Below, piece by piece: positions 1 through 10,584 of a DNA stretch of 64,000 nt. Numbering within the stretch: position 1 is the stretch's first letter; each line of letters starts with the position of its first letter. The DNA comes from Lama glama (lineage: Eukaryota): assembly GCA_028534125.1 (NCBI GenBank), contig CM052832.1, positions 15,502,001 through 15,566,000 of the forward strand, read 5' to 3'. The position numbers were made by a program, and so were the translations under genes. The notes under the pieces were generated by a model. It had not been told where the DNA came from, ran no database searches, and saw only the letters and a program-made list of their open reading frames with translations.

Positions 1-39
1 AACATTATGTGACTGACAGAGGCACAGGAAAGCCTTAAA

Positions 40-135
40 GCCACCTAGACAAATCTCCTCATTGTAGAGATGAGGAAACTGAGGCCCAGAGAGGGGAAGA
101 CAACTGCCCAAGGCCACACAGCAGGTGGATGGCAG
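40..135. mobile_element. MIR SINE fragment
   Basis: Core AGATGAGGAAACTGAGGCCCAGAGAGG..CCCAAGGCCACACAGC. Confidence 0.75.
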
Positions 136-899
136 TTAAGCCTTAAATATGGACATCTGGACTCGAGGTCAAATGACAGACTGATGGAGAAGTGTGTGTG
201 CAGGGGGTCAGGACCTCCTCTGCACTCTGACAGCACCACCCCCAAGAAGGAATTATGCCTTTCACACCCAAAAGTGGCGGGTCGGTGGAGGGAGGGGTGA
301 TGCTGGAGCCAGGCCCAGGGGCCTGAGAAGATAGGAGGTCTCCAGCCCCACTTTCCCCAGTGCCCTCAGGCAGGGTGTGGTAGTTGGATGGGCCAGGCAC
401 ATCTGGCTGTCCACAATGCCTGCCTCCTCCAGGGTGATCTCCTGCTGGGCCAGTAGCTCCTGGCCCTCATGGCCACCCATCTTCCAGAGGCAGGAGTCCT
501 GTTGTACTACCGGAAGCTTCTTTAACTCCGACTCCACAAAACCTGAGAGCCAGAGAGATGGGCATGGGACAGGCAGGAGAAAGGTGGAGCGACCTCATGA
601 GGATGAAGGAAGAGGAGGTGGCTCCGGCTCTCCAAACCTCACCGCAGCCTGTGCAGCCCCTGGTCACCCCCAGCCATAGCCCTTTCTTCATCCCCGGAGC
701 CAGCCAGATGCCACCTCCCTACCACCCTGCCTTTCTCAGGAAACTCACTTTCCATGGGCTCTCTCCTGCCAGTATGAGTGTGAGTCTCTTTCCCTACCTC
801 CTGGGGAGAGCATGCGAGGGCCAGACATCTGCCCTGACTCCCACCTGGCCCACTCCAGCCACCAACTTCAGAGCACGGATCTGAAACCACCCAAACCCC

Positions 900-1090
900 C
901 TGGGTTCGAGTTCCAGCTCTGCCACTTACTAGCTGTGTGAGCTTGGACAAGTTTTATTTAACCTCTCTGTGCCCCACTTTCCTCAGAGTGAAGCAGAGAC
1001 TGTAACAGGACCTACCTCAGAGTTAAAATGCATTACTTCATGAAAAGTGCTTAAAAGAGGGTATGGCCCATAGTAATGGCTATGAAAATG
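900..1090. mobile_element. MIR SINE
   Basis: CTGGGTTCGAGTTCCAGCTCTGCCACTTACTAGCTGTGTGAGCTTGGACAAG core. Confidence 0.8.
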
Positions 1091-2079
1091 TCAACAGTGA
1101 TGTTATCGTAATATGTGACTACCACTAGGCCATCTGCTCACCATGTCTGGGCAGCAAGGGGGCTGTAATGGGAGAGTGGGCCCTCTGGGACACTGTCACA
1201 GCAGTGCATGATGCGTGATGGGAAAACTAGGGATGGAGGTGGCCAGTGAAAGAGGGAGAATTTCGGGCTGGGACTGGGTAGTGCTTGAGGAACTGGAGTC
1301 CCAGTCAACCCCCCACCCCCACCCCCACCCCGGCAGCCTCCCAAACCCTGAGGGAGGAGGACACTAGCTAGACCTAGCCTGACCTCCAGACCAGCCACAC
1401 ACTGGTCCCCGAGCTCGAGTGGTCATCTTCGGTCTTCTGGTGCCACCTGGTGGTAAGAACTGGCATTGCACCCATGAGCCACAGGCCAAAGTGGGACTCC
1501 CTCTACCTGGGGACTGATTGGGCGGGGAGGTGGGGGCACCACACTTACCTACTGTATCTGTCGACCCAGAAGTCTTATGCAGCGGCGACTGGAAGGTGAC
1601 AACGTCTGGGACACAGAGCTTGAATGAGCTGTCCTCTTCCTCCATTTCCTCTTCCTCATCTTTCTCCTCGTGGGGCAAGACTTCCCTGAGAGGAAACTGA
1701 GGGTGTGCCCCGTCAATGAGCAGATCAGGGTGCAGGGCCCCAAGCCCGCACCCCAACCCAAAACAGAAAGCAGGAGGGAACAACAGCTCCCAAAGGGTTA
1801 AGAAAGATGACTGCTCCCCTGAGACCCTAGGCAGGCCTCACCCCCGCAACCAGAGCCTAGCCCCACGGACCTTGGCCATGGCCAATTTCTGAAGCTGCTT
1901 GTACAAGCTGAGGAGGCAGTTCCAGGGAGTTGTCCCTACTTTCGAGGAGGCCAACCCGAGGTCTCCTGTGGAGGGGTAGGGGTCACTGACAGGCTGACAG
2001 CAGTGAGAGGCGGCCCAGGCCCAAGCCCAGACGGGCAGGGACACAGGGAGGGCCAAGCTGAAGGTAAGGTTTCCTTGTT

Positions 2080-2290
2080 TTCATTAGCAAACACCTCCTA
2101 TGTGCCAGGAACAGTCCCAGGCACTCACAAAGAACTTCTCGTTTCATCCTTGCAATTGCCCTCTGAGATAGGTACTGTTATATTCCCATTTTATAGATGA
2201 GGAAACTGAGACACAGAAAGGTTGAGTGACTTGCTGCCATCACACAGCTTGGCCTAGTGGAGTAGGAATTCAAATCCAGCCTGCTTCCAG
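2080..2290. mobile_element. MIR SINE
   Basis: CCCATTTTATAGATGAGGAAACTGAGACACAGAAAGGTT core. Confidence 0.8.
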
Positions 2291-4439
2291 CATTCCCTCA
2301 AACTGCCCTGTGTCCTCACAGGCCCCACAGCCCTGGGGAGTTCTAGAGGAAGATGGTCTGTTTCTGGCATCTCCCTCACGCCTGTGGCCACCACACTCAC
2401 CATTAAGAAGACACTCCTCCTCCTCCTCCCTGGTGAAGGCCTCGGGGCTGAATGCCAGTGGCCCCATGGCCCTTTGCAGGCATCCTTGCTCCAAGGCTTG
2501 GGCAAAGTGGCCCCTGATCCCAAAGCATAGTCAGATGCAGGTGGCAGGTGGAGCCCAGAGATGTGGTGAAGGCCCCCTAGCCCCTCCAGCCCCCTAAGGC
2601 TCTCACACAAGCCCAGCTCAGCCTCCTCCATCCTCCTGTTCCCAACAACTCCCTGCTGTGCCCTCTGGGGTCTTCATCACAGAGGTGGGTATCTGTCTCC
2701 AATAACAGGGTGAGGAGAGGGGTGGGGAGCAGAGGGAGAAGTGGGCCCCCTTCCTCACTAGGGTGGGCACCAAGTCCACATAGGAGTGGGAACCAGGAAG
2801 GAGAGAGTGAGGAGGGAAGGCAGGGCGGAGTGGGGCCTGGAAAGGAGCCCTTCCCAGTCCCTGGCCTGTCCCCCTTTCCTTTCAGTGCCTCCATCCATAA
2901 CCCCTCACTTGTGGGAAGACCCCATCTCTGCCTCCAACAGCCCCGAGCTCCTCTCCAACCATCATGTGTCCATCCATTCCCCACCCAGTCCTCTGCCCAT
3001 CCAAGGAGTCTGTTCCTGGTCCATCCCCATTCTGGGTCCTCCCATCCAGGTCCACATCCTTCCCTCTTCTTACATCCAGGCCTTGCCCCAGTACCACCAT
3101 CCGAGGCTCCTTCCCACAATCCACAGCCCAGCTCCTCACCTGTCTGAGGTCCCAGTATCCCTTAAGGCCTTCCCTGCTGCTTCCTCCTCCTCATCTTCCC
3201 TCTCCTCCAACTCAAACAGGTTGCCCAGCACCTCCTGGCTTCCTCTGGGCAGGACTGACTTCACCTCTGCACCCTGGGCCACGACCCTCAGGACCTCCAT
3301 GGCGGTGGGGGTCTGGGGCCCTGCATCCCCCATCCCAAGCCTTGAGGGATCGGGCTGTGATAGGGCCACAGAGAGGGTATAGGGCAGCACGGCGGATGGC
3401 CTGGACTCCTTCCTCCCTGCTCCTCCCTGGTGAAGGGGATGGCGTCCTGCTCTGGCAAGGGGAGTGCCCGACCCCCTAACAGGGCCTTGTCTGAGCTCTC
3501 TGGGCTGCCCTTGCTCCCCACCAGGCTATGGAAAAGGCAGAGCATAGAGGAGTGGCCCAAAATTCTGGATCGAGGGGTTGGAGCTGGGGTCTCCATCTTG
3601 AGAAGGACCTGAGTCAGAGAGAAGGGCTGTAGCAGCCACCTCAGGACCAACTGCTTAAGAATAGAAGGTTTTCAAATTAAAACCTCCAGTTGGAAACTTC
3701 CAGGAGTTCTAGAAGGCAAAGGTGGGGGTGGGGTATGGTAGGGGGGATTTGGCTGGGGGCAGAGTGTGCACGGGGTAATGAAGCAGGGGAAGGAGGCCTG
3801 GGGAGCCAGCCTGAGCGGGGCAGTTGGTGAGGCTCCAGGAGACACAGGGGTAGGGGCCAGAGGAGGTTGGGGAACCCCGACTCAGAACGGGGCAGGGGCA
3901 CTCACCCCTCTCCACTAGGCCTGTCCTTCCCTGGCTGTGGCTGCTTTTGTCCTTGAGGGCCATTCCCAGAGGCCAGAGAGTATCTGTCCTCCCTCTTGTC
4001 TCCCTCTCAGCATCCAGCTTGCACGTGCCCAGGTTGTAGCACAGACCCTGTGTTTTCATCTCTGTTTACCTGCCTATCACCTTCAAGATTTTTACCTCCG
4101 GACACCACCAAGGTGCTTGGTACATGGGTCTTAACTGCACGTTGAATCTCAATTTAGTATTATATCCCCCACCTACAGCCCCGATTATAAAACCAGCTCA
4201 GTGATCTGGGGAGAGGTTCCTTAAACCAGTCTCCTAAGCCTCAGTCTATCCATCTGTAAAACGGGTGTAGGCTAAGTACCTACTTCCATAGGTTGTTGAG
4301 AGGATTCGGTGAGACAGTAGTTCCTAAAGAGCCTGGCACACAGTGGTGCTTAAGAAACCTCACCATCCTGGCTTTTTTATTAATATTGATGATGGAAGTG
4401 GGGAAAAGACCAAGGATGAGGGCTGGGAATCAGTGGTGG

Positions 4440-4900
4440 GGAAAGCAGTGGGGGAGGGGGAGACACTCCTCCCGGGTGGGAGCAGCTCTCTCGCCAGGGA
4501 GCCGAGACCAGACCGAGCCCAAGGCTTAGGCTGGTGCATCCGCATCCGGCGGCCACAGAGCAACTTCCTCTAGAGGGAGCTGATTGAAGCAGGGAGCTGC
4601 CGGCACCTCTATGATCACCGAAGCCTTGCGGGTCCCCAGGGCCGCGCCAGGACAAGCAGAGGCTGCATCCGGACACCAGGAATTCACTGACGCCCGTTCT
4701 GGGAAGCCAGGCCTGGGTACCTTACCCTTGGGAGCAGCCACCGGCCTCTCAGGATCTCCGGCCTCCACCCTGCTGAGCGATCCCGGGCCAGGGCCAGGGC
4801 CAGGGTCCGGGCAGGTAAGCGGGAGGGTCCTGCCCATCCTCCCTGTTCTCTGAAACCTAGGCCCAGGGTGAGGCAGGGAACCCTTAGGGGGCCCGGTGGG
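4440..4900 (+). promoter_or_regulatory. BAK1: BAK1 CpG-rich promoter region
   Basis: Local CpG enrichment around exon 1, a GGGGAGGGG Sp/KLF-like box and an ACTTCC ETS-like core; no obvious TATA box. Confidence 0.65.
4540..4814 (+). other. BAK1: BAK1 non-coding exon 1 (5' UTR); transcription start approximate
   Basis: CpG-rich; resembles the BAK1 leader as I recall it (GGCACCTCTATGATCAC..CCACCCTGCTGAGC); ends at a strong donor CAG|GTAAGC at 4814/4815. Confidence 0.8.
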
Positions 4901-5793
4901 GAGGGGGAGGCCTCAAGGCTTATCTGGGCAGCTCTGCCAACCCCTGCTGGGGGCCTGATCCAGTCAGGGCTCCCTCTGGCTGCCATACAGACAGCTTCCC
5001 CTCTTGCTCAGGCCCTGGGTGCCAGAGAATCGGGTGCCAAAGAACCAAGTTCTTGAGCAATCTAGGGGATGGGAGTGGAGGTCAGAGCCAAGGTCAAGGG
5101 CAGGGGGAGAACTTTTATAGCGCTTCCTGCTGCCCCAGGAGTCCTAACACTAGGTCTGCAAGTCAAGCCAGGCAGCTCCCCCTGGGAAACAGCCTGGGCC
5201 CAGCAAACCCAGCAGGTGGGGTACAGTGGACGGCCCCCTACCAGGAAGTCAGGCCACTCGGATGAGGGCAGAGGCAGACTCAGGTCGGCACAGGCCTCTG
5301 GCCCTGGGGGCTGTTTCTAGGCTCCACCTTCATCCCAGAATTAAGTCCCAGGGGCAGTGATTGAGGTGCAGTAGGTATCCCCCCAGCCCTGCGGTCCTGG
5401 GGGCACCAGGCTTCAGGGACCAGGGGAGAGAGGAGGACACCTTGTTCAGGAAGAAGCGGTTGGGATGGGGGTGTGCCAGGCAAAGGTCTATTTTAAAGAG
5501 GCCAGGCACCCAGGGGTGGAGGAGGGGAGGATCTGCCTTCCCCCCTCCCTGCCCTGAAAGAGTGGAAGGGTGGAGAACACAGAGGGACCCCCCCCTTCTC
5601 TGGGGCATTTTCAAAAATGGCCCCAGGCCTGAGAGGGAAGAGAGTGGGGGAGGGTACACAGGTCCTCCCAGGGAGGAGGGAGCAACTGTGCTTGGCCCCA
5701 GGAAGGGCTGGGCCCTCCCCAGGGATAGGAGGAGGGGGTTTCCCACCCGGGTGGTGGAGGCAGCTTTGGGGTGGGAGGAAATGAAGGGGGTGC

Positions 5794-5809
5794 AAACTGA
5801 AAGTGAAAC
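5794..5809 (+). promoter_or_regulatory. IRF/ISRE-like element in BAK1 intron 1
   Basis: AAACTGAAAGTGAAAC gives tandem (G)AAANN repeats matching the IRF-E consensus GAAAGTGAAA. Confidence 0.6.
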
Positions 5810-6751
5810 AGCTTATGTCCAGGAAATACACCCTCTGTGGACGCTGTACAGAGCAGACCAGAGTTGTGGCCAGAACTGGGCAAAAGAGGAAAACAGAGGC
5901 TGGAGACAGGAGAGCAAGGAGGTACATGTGTGAGACAGGTTGGGGGGCTGGGAAGAAGGTTTCCTCAACTACCTGCCACGCAGGAATGGGAAGAGCACAG
6001 GTGGGACTCAAACAGGGGAAGTTGCCCTGGAAAGGACACCCTCTGAGGTTCACAAACTGGAAAATAAGTCTGAAATGAGTGTTAAGTGGAGGATGGACTC
6101 ATGGAAATTCAGATAATCAGCCTGATGCCTTGACTAGCTATGTGGCCTTGGGCACTAACTTCTTTGTGCCTCACCTTTCCCACCTATAAAATGGGCACGC
6201 TAGCGCTTACCCTGCCAGGTTACTGTGCTCTTTCCATGTCCAGCCCCCCCGGGGAGTACACATACATACGTGGTAGAAGCATACCACAGGCACTCAGGAA
6301 ATGTTTGCAGCTAACAGGCCTGAGCTGGAAAACAGGTGTGTTCTGACTAGCCAAGGGGAAGTGAGACCTTCAAGGACAGCCTTCATGGGTCATTGGCTGG
6401 AAGGTAGCAAGTCTGCGGTAAGCATGTGCTGGGTAAGGTGCAGGAGGCCCTGGGAGCAGCAGAAGGAACCCCAGCCTCTGAAACTAGCCTCCCTGGCCCA
6501 GGAGTGGGGTGAAATGCAACTAGAGATCCCCTAGGGCACTATAGCAGCACCCCTTCTCCTGGCTGATCCCTGGGTGGGAATTTTGGCTGCCTGGCTTTTC
6601 TCACCCCCAGTGTCCCTTGAAGAGCTGCCAGTGTAATACTCAGTAAGTTCTTAGGGCGGTGGGGTCTTGGGGGAATGGGGGCCCCCTTCCCTCCATGTGG
6701 CTGAAGAAACCTCTGTTCCCCATCTTTGCTTTTTCTCACCCATCCCCACAG

Positions 6752-6852
6752 GCTAACACTGCCCTCCACCAGGACCTGAGGAATGGCATCCGGACAAGGT
6801 CCAGGTCCTCCCAGGCAGGGGTGTGGAGAACCTGATCCCTCCTCCACTTCGG
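6752..6852 (+). CDS. BAK1: BAK1 exon 2 (31 nt UTR, ATG at 6783)
   Basis: Acceptor CCCCACAG|, ATG in strong context (GGAATGG), donor G|GTGAGG. Confidence 0.97.
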
Positions 6853-9800
6853 GTGAGGGTCTTTGTCCCCTCACCCATCCCATGACCACCAGAGTTGTCT
6901 GTGAGGATGGAGAGAGTAGATGTGGAAAAGCCAGGCGGGAATGAAAGGCAGGCTTGCCTGCCTCAGTTTACTCACCTTGTATAAAGGAGAAAAGCATCTC
7001 CCTACCCAATGCAGGCAGCCCGTCAGGCTCAGAAGCTGGACTGCAGTCAAGATTAAGCCCTGAGAATCGGGGGAGTCTTGGTGGGAGGAGGGGTGGGAGG
7101 TTTTGAGGCTGGGAGGGGTCAGGGAGGGAGCATGAGATGGGTACAGTGCCCTCCCAGGGCAGCTGGGCAAGGTGGGGTGAGGAGGAGGAAAGAAGGGCGT
7201 GGCGTGGCTGTCCTATCCCTGCAGTGGGAGAAATAAGGAAGTCAATGGGCTTATCACCAAGTCAGGTCTGCTAAACAGGGAACGGGGTTGTTACAACTTT
7301 GGGGGAGGAAGTAAGGTGGCTGCCCCCGTTCCCTGTTCCAAGGGGACCATCAGGGAAGCCTGCAGCTCACAGCCCACCCCAGGTTCTTCCCTGGACTTTG
7401 GGTTCAGTCCCAGGTTTGTCACTATCTCTCGATGTGGTTTTTCTGGGCCTCAGGCTACAATTTCAAATTTGGTTTCCCACATTCCCTAAGCCATAAGGGC
7501 TGGGTGCCTTGTACACACTAAAATGAAGTCAGGAACCCAAGTGCCAGGGATTCCATCCTGTCTATACTGCTCCCTCCAGCTGTATGGCCTTGTGCAAGTT
7601 ACATAAACACTGTGCCTCAATTTCCCCGTCTGTAAATTAGGGATCAGCTACTTCACAAGACTGTTGTGAGGATTAAATGAAAAGTGCCAGAAGACTACTC
7701 TGCACAGAGTAAGCACTAGGTGTTAACTAAGGACCAGAAGAGAGACACTTCTGTCCACAGGCAGAGTGAACCATCCCCAGAGCACTTCCTCCCTGACTCC
7801 CAGCTTTGATCCTCAGAGGAGCAGGTAGCCCGGGACACGGAGGAGGTTTTCCGCAGCTACGTTTTTTACCGCCATCAGCAGGAGCAGGAGGCTGAGGGGG
7901 CAGCTGCGCCCACCAACCCAGAGATGGACACCTTGCCCCTAGAACCTACCAGGTGAGCAGCAGGTCCCTGGGCCCACAGGGAAGTGGAGGCTTATTTGGG
8001 GTCCCCATGCAGGTCTTGGGAGCTGGAAAGGCCTGGAGGGGTCTTGCCCTTCTCCCACTGCTGCTCCTTTTTCAACTGGGGCTCCCACACCCATCCAGGA
8101 CCCTGCACCCTTTTTAGCACATGCCTGCCCCTTGTCCTTGGGCCCAGCCTTTATGTTTGAGAACACTCTCAGGACCTCTAAGGAGGGGTGCACAAGGCCA
8201 AGGGCATCTCAGGCAGAAGCCCTTTGCCATGAGCCCGGGCCCCAGTACTAACTGCCTGCTTGCCAGCTCACCTGCTGCCTCCTGTCCCTCCAGCACCATG
8301 GGGCAGGTGGGTCGCCAGCTCGCCATCATCGGGGACGACATCAACCGGCGCTACGACTCAGAGTTCCAGGCCATGTTGCAGCACCTGCAGCCAACAGCAG
8401 AGAACGCCTACGAGTATTTCACCAAGATTGCCTCGAGGTAGCTTCGGCCACTGCCTCTCCATTGCGCTGTCACCACCGTGCTGTGCCCTGCCCACGGGAT
8501 AGGATGACGCTTCTCTGTCATTGTCAGGAGACGTGTTTGTCATCCCTGTGTCTGCTGTTAATTCATGTGTGGCCTTGGGCCCCTGTCTCTTTCTCTCTCT
8601 AGGCTCAGGCTCTTCATCTCTGGTGTATAAGGTTACATCCCTTGTAAACTCTGGCATTTGACCCATTAGATCAGGACTATGGAGGTGCTCTGGTGGGGAT
8701 GTCCCCAGAGCCCCCCAGCCCAGTTGGGACACAGCTGTCCTTTGGATTTGGAGCCAGATTTCACACCAAAGATGGTAAGGTTGCTGGACCTGGCTTCAGC
8801 CTACCAGGTTCTGGAAATGGCTTCCAGATGGTATAATCTGGTGTCAGAGAGGCAATCTGCAGTTAAAGAGACCAACTGCCTGGGTCAAATCTCAGCTTTG
8901 CCTGCCACTTACTGGCTTTGTGAAACTTTCTAACCTTCAGTTTCCTAGTCCGTAAAATAGGGGAAATATGTTTTGAACAGTGTCCACACTTAAAGGTGTT
9001 AGCCGTTGTCATCACCTGGGTAAGGAGGTCAGCCTTGGGGTAGATTCGAGGCTGAGGGTGAAGGATGAGTAGGCAATAGATTTAGAATTGGTGCTCAGGG
9101 CTGAAACATCCTGCCTGTGTCCTTAGAGGCCACCACCCACTCTGCTGTGATTCCAGGACCTGTCCTAACCTCTTCTGTCCTTTTCTCTCTGCTGTCCCTC
9201 GGGCTGCCAGGCCAGCAGCAGCACCCACAGGTAATCTTCCTACTGCCTCTGTCCACCGCTCTGTCCTCCACGCTCTCTGCGCCCCTTTGTGCCCCCAGCA
9301 CTTGGGTCACACCCCCAGCAGCAGCAGCCCACTTCTATGCCCTCTTAGTTTTCTCCTTTCACAGAAACTCAGGCTCTTCCCAAATTGAGGCCAAGCTGGG
9401 GCAGCCTCTGGTGCCTCGATTCACAGCTAAGCCATTTTGCTTTCCAGCTGGTGGGGGGCAGGGAATGTCCAAAGAGATGGGAGAGGAAAAGCAGGCCAAA
9501 GGGCCCTCTGGGGTACTCCACTGACTGTGTCGACGCTCTGTCCCCAGCCTGTTTGAGAGCGGCATCAACTGGGGCCGAGTGGTGGCTCTCCTGGGCTTCG
9601 GCTACCGCCTGGCCCTACATGTCTACCAGCGCGGCCTGACTGGCTTCCTGGGCCAGGTGACCCGGTTCGTGGCCGACTTCATGTTGCATCACTGCATTGC
9701 CCGGTGGATCGCGCAGAGGGGTGGCTGGGTGAGTGCCCAAGCATTGATGACCGCCTCCCTGCTGCTGGGACCACCCCCCTCACAGCCCCACCCTGGTCCC

Positions 9801-9958
9801 AGGGCACTGTACACCTGCCAGCCCCTTTGTGACCACTCTGTCTCTCTTGACAGGTGGCAGCCCTGGACTTGGGAAATGGCCCCATCCGGAACGTGCTGAT
9901 AGTTCTGGCCGTGGTTTTGTTGGGCCAGTTTGTGGTACGAAGGTTCTTCAAGTCATGA
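6783..9958 (+). CDS. BAK1: BCL2 antagonist/killer 1 (BAK), 211 aa, spliced CDS
   Basis: join(6783..6852,7817..7952,8294..8437,9548..9728,9854..9958) = 636 nt, all introns GT-AG. Reads MASGQGPGPPRQGCGEP..EEQVARDTEEVFRSY..BH3 GQVGRQLAIIGDDINRRY..BH1 LFESGINWGRVVALLGFG..BH2 WIAQRGGWVAAL..TM VLIVLAVVLLGQFVVRRFFKS*. Confidence 0.99.
7540..7725. mobile_element. MIR SINE in BAK1 intron 2
   Basis: CTGTGCCTCAATTTCCCCGTCTGTAAA..GTTGTGAGGATTAAATGA. Confidence 0.75.
7817..7952 (+). CDS. BAK1: BAK1 exon 3
   Basis: CTCAG| acceptor, EEQVARDTEEVFRSYVFYRHQQEQE.., AG|GTGAGC donor; 136 nt. Confidence 0.98.
8294..8437 (+). CDS. BAK1: BAK1 exon 4 (BH3 domain)
   Basis: TMGQVGRQLAIIGDDINRRYDSEFQAMLQHLQPTAENAYEYFTKIAS; 144 nt; flanked by AG and GT. 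Confidence 0.98.
9211..9230 (+). other. BAK1: 20-nt neural alternative microexon of BAK1 (N-Bak exon)
   Basis: CTGCCAG|GCCAGCAGCAGCACCCACAG|GTAATC with a long CU-rich tract upstream; matches the known N-Bak exon sequence as I recall it. Confidence 0.9.
9548..9728 (+). CDS. BAK1: BAK1 exon 5 (BH1, start of BH2)
   Basis: LFESGINWGRVVALLGFGYRLALHVYQRGLTGFLGQVTRFVADFMLHHCIARWIAQRGGW; 181 nt. Confidence 0.98.
9854..9958 (+). CDS. BAK1: BAK1 exon 6 coding part (transmembrane anchor)
   Basis: VAALDLGNGPIRNVLIVLAVVLLGQFVVRRFFKS, then TGA at 9956-9958. Confidence 0.98.
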   Translation: MAALDLGNGPIRNVLIVLAVVLLGQFVVRRFFKS

Positions 9959-10144
9959 CTCCCAGAGGGGCCCTTGGGGATCCTGAGACCCCTGCATGGA
10001 CTTCGGCCCAGCCTTCTCCCCTCACCTCTTCCCCTGCCGGGGTTCCCCTCATTAAGAGTACAGAAGCTTTAGCAAGTCGACACTTCAACTTTGGAGGGCC
10101 CCTGCCCAGAGATCTGTCAGGCTGCAGGCTGCCCCAACATTGCA

Positions 10145-10152
10145 TGGTGCTA
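10145..10152 (+). promoter_or_regulatory. miR-29 family 8mer site
   Basis: TGGTGCTA in the BAK1 3' UTR. Confidence 0.7.
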
Positions 10153-10576
10153 ATAGGCCCCCTCTCAGAGAGGGGCTGTGGCCTCCTCCCTTAGCTCTCT
10201 GGGACCCCCTGTGCCCTGTCTGCTGGGCACTGGGGACATTGATAACTTGGGGACACAAGAGGCTGGGAGCCACTTCTCCCCAAGGAATTGTCAACAGTTT
10301 TAGCTTTTTATAATACCCTTGGGAGGACGCACCCACCCCAGCCCCATTCCTACCACTCTGCCCAAGGCCAGGATGTCTGGGGTGTGGGGGTTAGTAGCCC
10401 TCCCCCTCCCCAGGATTCAGCTATTCTGGAAGGTGAGAGCTTGAGAACTGGGCCTGGAGCCCAGTCCTGGCACTTCCTAAGCATCATGTCCCCCAGGGCA
10501 GGACTGGTGGGGACAAGGTCCTGCCCAGCTTCCTCTCCCTCACATTCCTCCCCCACCATTGCCTTTCAGTTGGACT

Positions 10577-10584
10577 CTCAGGGA
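10577..10584 (+). promoter_or_regulatory. miR-125 family 8mer site
   Basis: CTCAGGGA; BAK1 is an established miR-125b target. Confidence 0.75.

Larger units (their letters stand above)
403..3596 (-). pseudogene. GGNBP1: Gametogenetin-binding protein 1, five coding exons, disrupted; final exon not found in the window
   Basis: Minus-strand exons 3608-3140 (ATG at 3596), 2513-2401, 1965-1871, 1696-1549 and 542-403. They translate to METPAPTPRSRILGHSSML.., GHFAQALEQGCLQ.., GDLGLASSKVGTTPWNCLLSLYKQLQKLAMAK, FPLREVLP..EEDSSFKLCVP..STDTVG and FVESELKK..EITLEEAGIVDSQ, which I recognise as GGNBP1. All acceptors are AG and phases are consistent from exon 2 on. There is a frameshift near 3433 and an AT instead of GT donor at 402-401. 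Confidence 0.85.

Noticed and set aside
2577..3479. Long overlapping ORFs of 145-198 aa
   Set aside because: GC-rich, low-complexity GGNBP1 intron or antisense frames with no recognisable protein.
5330..6078. ORFs of 138-190 aa in BAK1 intron 1
   Set aside because: G-rich intronic sequence, mostly non-ATG starts, no motifs.
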